From assembly GCF_000150275.1 (NCBI RefSeq), contig NW_002060947.1:3464980-3528979 (forward strand): 64,000 nucleotides of DNA, read 5' to 3'. Of the stretch, positions 24,394-36,100 are shown in pieces. Numbering within the stretch: the first letter of the stretch is position 1; every line of letters begins with the position of its first letter. A program made the translations under genes and the position numbers. The DNA comes from Trichoplax adhaerens. Lineage: Eukaryota > Animalia > Placozoa. A model generated the notes under the pieces. It had not been told where the DNA came from, searched no databases, and worked only from the letters and a program-made list of their open reading frames with translations.

Positions 24394-26987
24394 ATGCCAC
24401 CTCCAGCATCTACAAAAGAATACAATGTTAATCCTGTGAGCAACGATAGCGTGAAGGTATACATACGCAGATATCGTTCTCCTCGTCTACGTAAGCTTGG
24501 CGAGGATATCATAAAATTTTGTAGCTTCAAATTCGAGCCAAAAAAGGCTTGCAAAAAAATGTGGGAGCGTATGCACACTTGGTAAGTTGGTTTTTATATA
24601 CTGTACAAAATAATTCGATACTGTATTATAACCTAGGGATTACAATATTACAACAGAAAGTCCACGTACTGTATTACCGATAATTCTGATATATACGTAC
24701 AAGTGCACATGCTGGGCTTAGTGTGCGGTATAGTCGATTGTATTTTTGTAGTATGTAGTGCTATGTACATCATTTCGAACCGTAAAAAAAGAACGCTGAT
24801 TGTTGCCCTAAAGTAATGTTAGCGATAGCGATGTCGGATATTGTGTTGTCAATTTGCTGTAATTGCGCTTCGCGAATTCACATTGTATTGTAACATGGCT
24901 ATTTCACCTACTGCACATACCCAAAATGTGTCTTTGCTACTGTCATTACTGGAGCAGAGCTATGTATGCTATTAAATTATTTTACCATGTCATAATGATG
25001 AACTTGCAACATCGCATGCACATTTATTGCACAATCTTTCGGGCAGCTAAATCGTACTTGAATTTTAAACAGGCAATTTTGGAAAATTATATTACTTGGA
25101 CAATTCTTAGCTTTTATGATTTGCGGGACAGCTGTCAGCAGTCAGGTTTTACAGGCTAGACATGGTGTAGACGCTCCAACTGCTCAGAGTTTTATTAATT
25201 ATTTAGCCCTTGCATTCGTGTATATGCCTCTCTTCGTATTTCGTCCTAAGCGATTGCACAAGGTGCTGCGTTGGAGATCGTTAGGATACTTCTTGGTAGC
25301 TCTTGCCGATGTTGAAGCCAACTATTTACTGGTTAAAGCCTATCAGTACACAACCTTAACGAGCGTACAGGTAATTGCCTTTCGTCAATACATTAATTTA
25401 CTTCTATCGAAAAAAGAGAATTATCTACGTATTTGGCATTTTACTATTTTAATTTCTATTTATTACAGTATAGATAGATATGATTTATATATCGCTAACA
25501 CATCTTCGTCTCTTTTGTTTTTGATAGCTACTCGATTGCATTACCATACCAGCGGTAATGATTCTTTCCCGTATATTTCTCAAAGTACATTATCGTATCG
25601 TTCATTTAGTTGGGGTGATTATTTGCATGAGTGGTGTAGGTGCATTAATTGGGGCAGATGCGCAAAACAACCATGCCCCTGGTAAGATGTTATACGAGTA
25701 TAATAGTAAGATATAAAAATAAGTTCATGGGCCTTAAATTATCTAATGTACGACACACCATAGTTTTATCATATTGGCTAAGATTAACTTCTCAATAATC
25801 AGTATGCTGTCCATGTAGATTAATTCGTGATATCGCAGTAAAAATGATTGGTGTTACATCTTCTCGTAGGTCAAAATCCTATCCTTGGAGATATGTATGC
25901 TCTTATTGGTGCTACGTTATATGCTGTGACTAATGTCGCCGAAGAATATTCCGTTAAATTTTATACTAGATTAGAATTCCTTGGAATGATCGGATTCTTT
26001 GGTAGCCTTATTAGTGGAATTCAATTGTAAGTTTAAGATTGTTCATCAGCTTTCTCGGTAATACTTGAAAGCGATTTAGATACCTGAGATAGTGTTACAC
26101 TAACCAATAAATTTTCATCACCGCTTTCAAAATAGTAGGAGTGTAGTCCCTTTATCTACCCTATGTATAAGGGATATAGATACCTCACTAACGTTGTACA
26201 TTGTTTCTGTAAGAATTATTCTAGAAAGACAGCAACTGGTATTAGCGGAATGGAATTCTGAAATAAGTAAGACGTTTTAACAATATAATTACGTCCCATG
26301 GGGCAGTTCGCTATTTAGACGTGCTTAATAAAATATAACGGTAGTTGAATATAAAATTAATAGACATCGCTGCATTATTATTTAGATATTGTAATTTAGA
26401 TATCTATAATGTTACTTACCGGTACCGATCTTTTCATATTTCAGTCGGACTTTTTATTGGATTTGGCATCTGTATGTTTTTATTATACTCACTGGCACCT
26501 GTATATATGAGAATGAGCAGTGCAACGACTTTCAACCTATCGATATTAACGGCGGACTTTTACGTATTCATTTTCGGTCTGGCTTTATTCCATTTCAAGG
26601 TGAATATTTTATTCTATGCTTTGATTATTAGTTATTAAGGTTTCACCCTTTTTAGGGAAATCATCTGTTAAGCTTAATATCAAACTCATGCCACCTATTT
26701 ATACTAATTATTTACACAAATATACTTTTTTCCCTTAGTTTTCTGGTCTATATATCTTGAGTTTTTGTCTGGTCGTTGTTGGTTTAATAGTGTACAATTA
26801 CAAGGATCCTGTTATTAAGACGATTTATCCGAAATTACAGAAAAAAGAGGAAAAGACAACGACGAATGCACCTAGTAAAAGTAATCCACCCACCAGTTTC
26901 GACACTGTTCTTGCCTCTAATGAGACATCGACTACTGATAAACCAAACACTAATATATTTCCCACAGCCCCAAGTTCAATGCTATAG
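24394..26987 (+). CDS. SLC35F2: Solute carrier family 35 member F1/F2-like transporter
   Basis: Seven phase-consistent exons: 24394-24581, 25073-25370, 25528-25681, 25870-26026, 26214-26266, 26445-26599, 26739-26987. Motifs [88 protein letters not shown]. Probably co-orthologous to SLC35F1 and F2. Candidate 5'UTR donor at 23304. Confidence 0.93.
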
Positions 26988-28514
26988 TCGCGCAGAAGAG
27001 CCTAACAAGGGCTCGCTGGTATAGGTCGTTCATACGTTATTTTAGCTACCGTTATATGAATATAGAATTGATACCGTTACTAGTATAATTGTGGCCGTCT
27101 CACATAAATAGCATCACATTTTACTGCTACATGGTAACTACTTTGTCAGATATCACGTAAAAATCATTTTATGAATCTTAGCAGGATATCGCAAGCGATA
27201 TAAGATCTTATCTTAAGAGTACATGTTTCAAGTATAGTAAATGATGCGATGTATTACGTTTAATTCCGTGTTGTGTGTTCGTATTGTTCGATGGCTCAAA
27301 ATCTAGCATACGGTAAAGCAAGTTAATACTAATTTGCAAAGATTGTTCAAATTGAATAAAGCCAACTTTGCTTATCATATGATATGTGCATCCTGCTAGT
27401 AAACCGGTGGTGTTTACCATTTCTGCGTTAAAAGTTACAAACTAATTGTTTCCTTCCAGAAAGCTGCCAAACGAGTGTGATTGGTTCAATTATGATTTAT
27501 TAAACTTGCGTAACGATTAACTGTTACTGATTCTACACCTAACAACAGATGCAGCTAATACAATGTCCGCACATGTCTAAAGCCATCTGAGACGGCTAAC
27601 TGCCCGACTTTAGCAAGAATTTTTTCCTAAGCATTCATAAATTAATTTAACATATCTACGTACTACTTCTACTGCATGGCGTCCCAACGTAACTTTAGAG
27701 TTTAAGCCTTTGTAACCTACCGCTACTAAACTGTTTACGTGCAAGGACGATGACATACGTATGATTCAGTAGCGTAAGCAATGAGAAATGCATACAGTAC
27801 TTTATCTAAGTTCACATTTAGTGCTAAAGGTTTAAAACATTTAATCAACAATTAAAAATATTTAGTATGCCGTATAAAGTGCTTCGTCTTAATGTTTTAC
27901 TGTACTGAACGTATTGAGACTCATACAGAGAACGCGATACGTATATTTTACAGATCTGTAATATCATTCAGTACTATGTTGCTACGTCACAGTTGTACAA
28001 TTTCGTGAAATATGAATTTATTAACTATAAAATGGCGAATTACAATTTGTAGCTAGACTTTCGCAGAAGATATATTCAAGAATCATATTCCTGTTACTTC
28101 TGTAGCCTTTCGCGTCACTGAATGCAAAGACGATTAATCTCATGCATTGAAGTGCGGTATCAACTTCAATGAGTATCACTTAACCTATGAACATATTATA
28201 TACGTATATAGGTGCCGCTTTTGTAAATTCCTCCATTACTGTAGATATATATATATACTGCATAGTAGTTTACGATGATTAGCATTTTAGTATAAAGTAC
28301 AAGAAAAAATTGATCCATTTCAGATCCTAATCACCTTTCTAAATTCAATTTTCAGTTGGTAGCTATCATATTTATTTATTTATTAATGTTTACATGGCAT
28401 TACTTGTACACCGCTGTACAGTATATAACTGACAGCACTTACAGCTTATTGTATATCCTTTGAATTTACATTTTGGGCATAAGAACGTAATGACATGGAT
28501 TTACAGGTCACCGT

Positions 28515-29066
28515 TCAATCTAATTTCTTGGTCCTCCAAACACCACAAAGTTTAGCGCCAGTCCGTAGCGAAAGTATGTGAACTATAAATGCAATGACTA
28601 TAAAGCTACAGCGTAGAATGATCGAGTAAGTGCCAAATACGGCAAACGTCGCAACTTTAACATCAGAAGGGGTACGGTCATTTATCCTTCGATACATGAG
28701 AAAACCATAATCTCGAGCACCTGCTATCAGTGGTCCAAGCCCAAGGCAGAGAGTACCAAATATGAATAATATCATCAAGCCAGAATTATTCCGAGATAAC
28801 GCCAGTCGACCAATAAGAACGGGTACAATACTAAGCAGCCAAATATGCTGCCAGAGAGAGGCATTAATGCTTTGAGTAAGTGCATATGGTAAAATATACT
28901 CCACAACGATTACTCCTACGAGAAGAATCATGTAGATATCAGTAAAAAAGCTATAACTGCTTTTATACTCAACACTGCGTTTGTAATGATCGGCGACACG
29001 TTCACGATGTTTCCAGTCTGACCCATCGCTCCCTTTAATATTTCCGTGATGTCCACGACTCGCCAT
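28515..29066 (-). CDS. JAGN1: Jagunal homolog (ER membrane protein)
   Basis: Diagnostic N-terminus MASRG..GSDGSDWKHRERVADHYKRSV, four hydrophobic segments, C-terminal KKLD dilysine ER-retrieval motif; 183 aa, no intron in the CDS. Confidence 0.95.
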   Translation of the reverse strand: MASRGHHGNIKGSDGSDWKHRERVADHYKRSVEYKSSYSFFTDIYMILLVGVIVVEYILPYALTQSINASLWQHIWLLSIVPVLIGRLALSRNNSGLMILFIFGTLCLGLGPLIAGARDYGFLMYRRINDRTPSDVKVATFAVFGTYSIILRCSFIVIAFIVHILSLRTGAKLCGVWRTKKLD

Positions 29067-29497
29067 TACGATTGAGTATCTTTACTAAGGAAAAGGATAC
29101 CACTAATTATAAGCTATAATTATTAATAAATAATAATATTTTATAATAGCGTATCACCAATCAAAAGTGTACTCGATTGAAAACTGGAATTACTACAATT
29201 AACTCAATGCAGAAAGTGGGAACTGCGTTGGTACTAGGTACTGTGCAATGCTGTTAATGCTGTTAAGCACAGTACAGTAATAATACTACAGTATGTATGA
29301 TTTACAACAGTTCGCGATTGTACCATGCAGCCAAACAGATACAGAACCAGATTAGCAGTCCAGTACTATACGGACATTCGGAAATGCGGAGCCACAGACG
29401 CACGGACCGTCCGTCTTGTCACCTGGTCTAATCTGTCCAATGACGGTGTCAAAGAACACGGACAGATGGAACTTGTAAACTACGCATGCCAATCGAC

Positions 29498-29511
29498 GTT
29501 ACCATAGCAAC
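29498..29511 (+). promoter_or_regulatory. RFX X-box in the JAGN1/dynein divergent intergenic region
   Basis: GTTACCATAGCAAC is an exact fit to the X-box consensus GTNRCCATRGYAAC, ~610 nt upstream of the dynein ATG. A forkhead-like GTAAAC lies at 29475-29480. Confidence 0.75.
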
Positions 29512-30122
29512 TTTCTGCAATACAGTACACTAAAAACCGTTTGATCTAATCTAAACAGTCAGGAAGTCATTCAACAAATTTCGTTAGCTCTCTAGAAGTT
29601 CACTACATAGTAGTAATGTAACTACAGTTGTAGTACATATGATGTAATACTGTGTGCAGGCTTTTGCATCATCAACTGCATTGCCGTTGATTAATTTCAG
29701 TCAACTCTCACAAACATTATCGTCAGAAGAATAGTACACCGCTTAATTAAGTCTGTATTCGGTGGTCACCCTGCATCAGGAATCAGTTAGAATACTGACT
29801 GCATCGTGCAAGAGTCTCAGACTAAGCATATTACTCAGCGATCTGTCTCCAGCAACGCCTTCTATCATACTGTTGTTATTCGTTACTATCGGAAGAAGTG
29901 CATTTATGTAGTTGCTATTGTACGTTACAATATATTCAGTGTACAGCTGAATTCAAGTATACGTATGTTTATGCATCATTAGCAAGTGGTGCTTAAATTC
30001 AATTTCGAAGACGTAAAACAGGGAAATAAAATCGGCTTTTTTTTTAAATTATAATTAGATCAATTGCTGGAAATGAGCTTAGATCCTAAACTAAATTAGC
30101 GGACTTTTAAATCAGACAGAAG

Positions 30123-33100
30123 ATGGATGATCGACATTGGTGGTTTGCTACAAAACTGCAAGCCTCATTTCGTATTGGTGGATACGATAAGCCGACACTA
30201 TTGGAGGATTTTATTTGTGAATCAAGTACCTTAGAACATATTGGAAACTTTCTCGGGCCAAATGGGGTTTCTGTTTTATTCTTTTATTGTGAAAAACTCG
30301 ATGAGACAAGGCTATCATCCAGGCGTTTACACGTATCTTATACAGTGCATAAAGATATCGATTTTAACGATATGTTGATCTTGTACTTCTTACGGGATAG
30401 CAATGACGAAGAAATACTACCACATAATATTGCAGACGAAGTATGCTGTGGAGAGTTATCTAGTGCTATTATAGCTAGCTTACAGACATTATTGTCTGAT
30501 AGCTATGCCCCTCTATTAAGAGTACGTAAAGATTGGGGTCAATGTAGTGAAGATAATATATCACAGTTATTCACCAACTTCGATAAATTGATTACTGCAT
30601 TAATCGATTCAGCCGATATTCTATCGTCAAATAAATATATGCTAAAACGACCTGAAGCATCTGTTACAAATGATTTTAAGCTGAATCGTGCTGCAGTTGT
30701 TAACCAAACTATTGTCAGTGAGTTTGAGATTCTTGTTGCTGATTGGATTTCAACTATCGAAACAGTTCTTCAAAATCAAGGCGATGACAGGTAAAATATA
30801 ATTATTCTTATTTCGTTAATGATAGCATGCAGTAATTGGTACAACTATAGCCCCTTGCCTATACCTTAGTTTAATATTAAAAGTATACATAACAGCATAA
30901 ATTATGAATATGTCCTTAAAATATACTTTTTTTTCCTTTGTGACAACTATATCAATTTCTGATATATCTTCTTTGAAATGATTTAGCGGTGTCGATACAA
31001 ATGCTGGTCCGCTCTCAGAGCTATACCGATGGAGACGTCGACATAAAATTTTTACTAATATTACAGATCAGCTAAAAGGAAAAGAATGTAAAGCAGTGAT
31101 TAGTGTATTAATTACAGCAAAATCCAAATTGCTAAAACGCTGGAAAAATATCGATGTATGGTGAGTTGATGCCTATTTTGATGTAATTTGAGACTGTATA
31201 CTTTAAAGCACAGAATAATGCTACCTCATATTGAACGAGTTTTACAAACATGAATTAAGATAACATATATTAATTATATATATAAATAGCTAATGTTGAT
31301 CAGGAAAAAATTAATATCTAAATCTTTTAGCATTAAACATTTTTTATACAATATTGGATAATTGTTGTTCAGTAAAAATTACAGCACGAACAAAATTGCA
31401 TTGAAATTTTTATTACGTAGTAATTAATCATTTTCTAGAGATCAGTTTTAATTGGCTGAAATAATAGAATTATATACGCAATATTAGGTTAAATTTTATC
31501 GATAGGAAATTTTATTTTTAAATTCTGAAATTTACCTCCAATTTGATTCATTAGCATTACTGAAGCCGTTAACGAAACCAAAGATAAAGTAAAGTACTTG
31601 GAGTCACTAAAAAAATATATTGATCAACTTTACCACAACAATTCACCCACACAAATTGCGAGTAATGTCCTACCTATGCTTTTCAATAATATTCGTCAGA
31701 TGGACTCAATTTCTAGGGCGTATGCTCGAAGTGGATATCTTGGCTTATTCTTATCGAAGGTACGTAAATTATGTACATTGCTATGATAGATTTAAGTGAA
31801 ACATTAATGTAGTGCAATATATGAGTGTTATCCTACATAATTGCGATACTATAGGTAAAGTTTTTGGACTACTAGCTGAAAATTAGTTGCGATTTATAAT
31901 TTCCTAACAAATAATTTCTGATATCGCAAAATCATAGCTATTATTGCATTCTGTTAATCGACTCACATTTCAAATAATTGAATTACATACTTATTAAATT
32001 AAATCTGTTTGGTACTACTTTAGATTTGCAATCAAATGGTTGCCTTGTGCAAGGAGCATATTAGTGGAATTTCACTTAATGAGATTGAAATAGACTATGA
32101 ACATTGGAAAAATCTTGAAGACTTGAAGAAAATTTACGACGATCCTAGAGCTAGTGGTAAAAAACAAGCAGGGCATAAAAGTGCGACGATCTTTACTACT
32201 GAGAACCAAGACATGTTAGATAAATATTTGCCACATAGGTTGCTTGCCTGCTTAGCATTAGCTAAATCTATCCGCGATTCAATACGTAATCTTCGAGACA
32301 GCCTAGGTACAGCAGCTTTTAGTACTGTATCTTCGGCATCGCATTTATCATCAATGCAAAATCAGCATAACCAAAATGCGACACCTGCCAAGTGGAAATC
32401 ATCTGGACAATCATTAAATACAGCGCTTAATATTGTTAAACGACTTAATTCTGTTAGTGAAGGAGGAACACCATCAAATCAAATGCCAAATAGCATTGGA
32501 GTATCACTAAATGATGAAGATAGCATTATGTTTCATTTTGACCGTTTTTGCATCCGAGTACGTCATATTATAGGAATTATCCAAACTCTTGCGCAGTTTT
32601 CTCAGCTTGCAAGTCTAACTACTGGATTACCTCGTCTGCACAAACAGTTTAACGTTTCTGCTAGCATTTGGGGTGAGCAAGGTGTCTACGGCCATTGTAT
32701 TACTATATTACATACCGGTAAAGAATCTGTTGCCGCTGTTGGTCTAGCTTACCGACATGTGCCTGCTCCTCACCAGATTACAAGCGTTGTAGAAGAAGAA
32801 GAAGACGATAATAATAGTGAGCGCTTATCTACTCATGGGCAGTCTAACCCCTTAGGCCGAATCAAAGTTACAATTCCAGACAGTGAAGCTGGTAAAATAG
32901 AGAGTGCAGACGGATCACTAGATGACGAACCTACCGAAAGTACCGAAGAAGATCAAGACTTTGAAGAAGAATTAAGCATCACTGGTACAATTAAAACTGT
33001 TATCAAATTTGCGAAGAAGTTACTACGTGATACTGTTACAACAGAAGTTCTGCTAGATGTTGACAGCATGTATCGAGAGAGATTTGATAAAGCTTACGAA

Positions 33101-36100
33101 CACGTTATGGCTATGATCAAGCATTTAGAACAGTATGTCGCTAAATATATCGAGGTATTTCGGAGTAAATCTTATCTTATTGAATAATGTTTTAATTAGT
33201 AATCATGGCTCCATTGTAGACTTTCTGAATAAAATGTACACATACGATGAGCTTTCTCGGCATTGATATTAAATTGTATTTTACAGACTGTTATGTCTAA
33301 AAAGATTACTACACAGCATGCACTGGACATCTTGACGAGGTTCGTTATGTAACTATTAACTTAAAAATACTGTATATGATTGAATGTGATATTTTTAATT
33401 GTAGGTTTAATACAGTACAAAACCGAATGCATATCAGTACGATGTTGAAAGAAAAATTTTATGAGGCTTTCAATTGGTACGAGGAAGAGTTAGAAGAAGT
33501 ACAAGACTTATATGAAAAGAATAAGGTAGCATATCGAGGCTATTTAGTCGTTAGCTCTCAAATCGATATTTAAAATAATAAATCAGAATTGATTAACTTG
33601 CCCACGTAAATATGATTAATCATAGGAAGAGCCACATATTGTTCGACATGCTCCTCCAGTTGCCGGAGCTATTAATTGGATTCGTCAGTTGTTACGAAGA
33701 CTTGAGGAGCCTATGAAGATTTTTTGCGATACTAAATCCGTCATGGCTGTAAAGGCAAGATAATATTAGATAGCTTTAAAAATTAGTTTGTTAAATTGCA
33801 AACGCATTATACAATATACAGATAATTCATGGAATATTTTCAAACTTATAGGATTCCACAAGAGTCATCAAGAATTACAACCGAATCGCATCCACATTGA
33901 TTAAATTTGAAAGTTTATGGTTTAGTCAATGGAAGGCGCACATTGATAGTGCTAAACATGGTCTTAAGGTACCACTTTTGCTTCGTCATCCTAAAACTGG
34001 TGATCTAATCGTTAATGCTGACGAAAGGTAACTCTACTCTTAGATATCATAGAGTAGGAAATATATTCCAGCAATTTACTTTTTTCTGTTAATTAGAGTT
34101 TCTCAAGTTATCCATGAAGGAAGATGGATGGCCAGGCTTAATATTCAGTTACCAGAAAATGCTGTCGCAATCCTATCTCAGGTTTAGTTGATTTTCCTGC
34201 TTTTCCTATTCTATAATTTTATGAATTTAAAGAGTTAGCATATAATATTTTAATCTTCTTCGTACTTGCATAGCAAAATTTATAAATATGTGTATAATTA
34301 TGTATGTATAATTTTCTATTCCGCTCAAGGAATCTCGATTTAAAAAATACAAGCACAATCTTGAAGCGGTACTTCACGAATTCAAACGCGTATGTCAAGA
34401 TATACCGTTACCACTGCAACCATTATTTGAGAAACATACTGAAACCGTTATGCGCTATTTGTTGCCGGGCCTATCGACAGTAACATGGAATAGTATGAAT
34501 ATCGACGCTTATTTACATCATATTCATACTTCTACCAATCATCTAAAAGAAATTGTAGTCAAAGTCAATAATATTTTAATAAGCCGAGTTGATTGTGGGA
34601 TAGCATCGGTAAAAAACGCCATCCTTTTCGATATGGATTCTATGTTTTCTGAAGAGTGGGTAAGTAGATTGTTTTTAATAAAATTTTTAAATTCCATCTT
34701 AAATCTAGTATAAGGAAGATCATTTACTTATTCGCGCTATCTACATCCTTTCTCTAGAGCATTATCGCGTTTCCTAAGTTGCAAATAAAGAATATTGAAG
34801 CTCGTAAGCAGGAGCTACTTTCTAAAATTTACGAGGTTGAATCTGCGCTCCGGGATATTGTTAACATCATTACTGAAAATAACATTAATTCTCAACCATC
34901 GTTACAATACCAAGTTAATGGTAAAGGAGTGATATCGCAATTAACGAAATCGATCAATAAAAACTTGCAGAGTCAATCTTTGCAAGATAGAAATAAAAGT
35001 AGCAACTCTTCGAGTTCAGCCCCGAATTATAAAATTGGTCCATTTAATACTAAATCCTCCAATATGTTCGAGCATTACGGAAAATTAATGCATGATGCTA
35101 TTCTACATAGCATTAGCAAATCACTTTTTACATATGCTGAAGCTCTTGGTTGCAAAATTAATTTTGTTAAGCATCCTACTCAGCTCAATGGTGACGCTAT
35201 CGATAATTTTGGAAATTTAAATAAGGTTCCAACAGTAATAATCAAAGATGAAGCTTCTAATCAAGAAGATATGGTTCTCAAACTTGATAATGCATCGCAA
35301 ATTGTGGCTTATTCTGGAGCAGGTAATTGCAATGTACTTCTGAGAATGCATACTTAATATTATTACTCGTCTTACACGGAAGTAAGGAAGCCTTTAATTT
35401 TATCATTAAATCGCGCCATTTGGCTAGATCTAATAGTCCTATTACGAACTGCTCAATAACGTTAAATCTAGTCATAAATTAATATTATAGTTTGCTCCAA
35501 TTAATGTTCGTGTAGCTTTCAAAATAACAGTTATTGCATCAGTTTTAAATAAACTATTCTTCCTGTTGATCATTATAGAACTAAAGAATGAGGCTCTTTT
35601 GAGATTTAATGTGGATATTAAATTCTCCATACCTGATCTCGTAGTTGAACCAAAGCTGGAAGATGTGCAAACTGCTGTAAATCAAGTAGCTCATGCAATA
35701 ATAGCGATATCACAAGATATTAAATGGACCACAACACAACATGAGGAAAATGCATTGGCATTCAATTTAATTAGTAACGATAAGATTGTAACTGGTATAA
35801 CAAAATTGATCTCTTCTACAATAAGATCATATCAGCAAACAGTTCGTGATAAACTGAATTCATTCCGTCGATTCAATTTCTTATGGGCCAACGATATCCA
35901 CGCAACCTTTAACCAATTTGTTAAATCGGGTATTAGTACATCAGATTGTATGTCGGAGGTTGAGCGATTGCAAAGGATAGAGCGAGAAGTTGAAGATATC
36001 GATGATAAAATTGTTGTTGGTGCTATTAGCCTTGGTACACTTCCTGTTAGGAACTCACTACGTGGATTCGCTGCGGCATGGAAAGTTCAGTACGCATCAT

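Noticed and set aside
27126-27138. X-box-like GCTACATGGTAAC
   Set aside because: Only one good half-site, and it lies 3' of SLC35F rather than at a recognised promoter.
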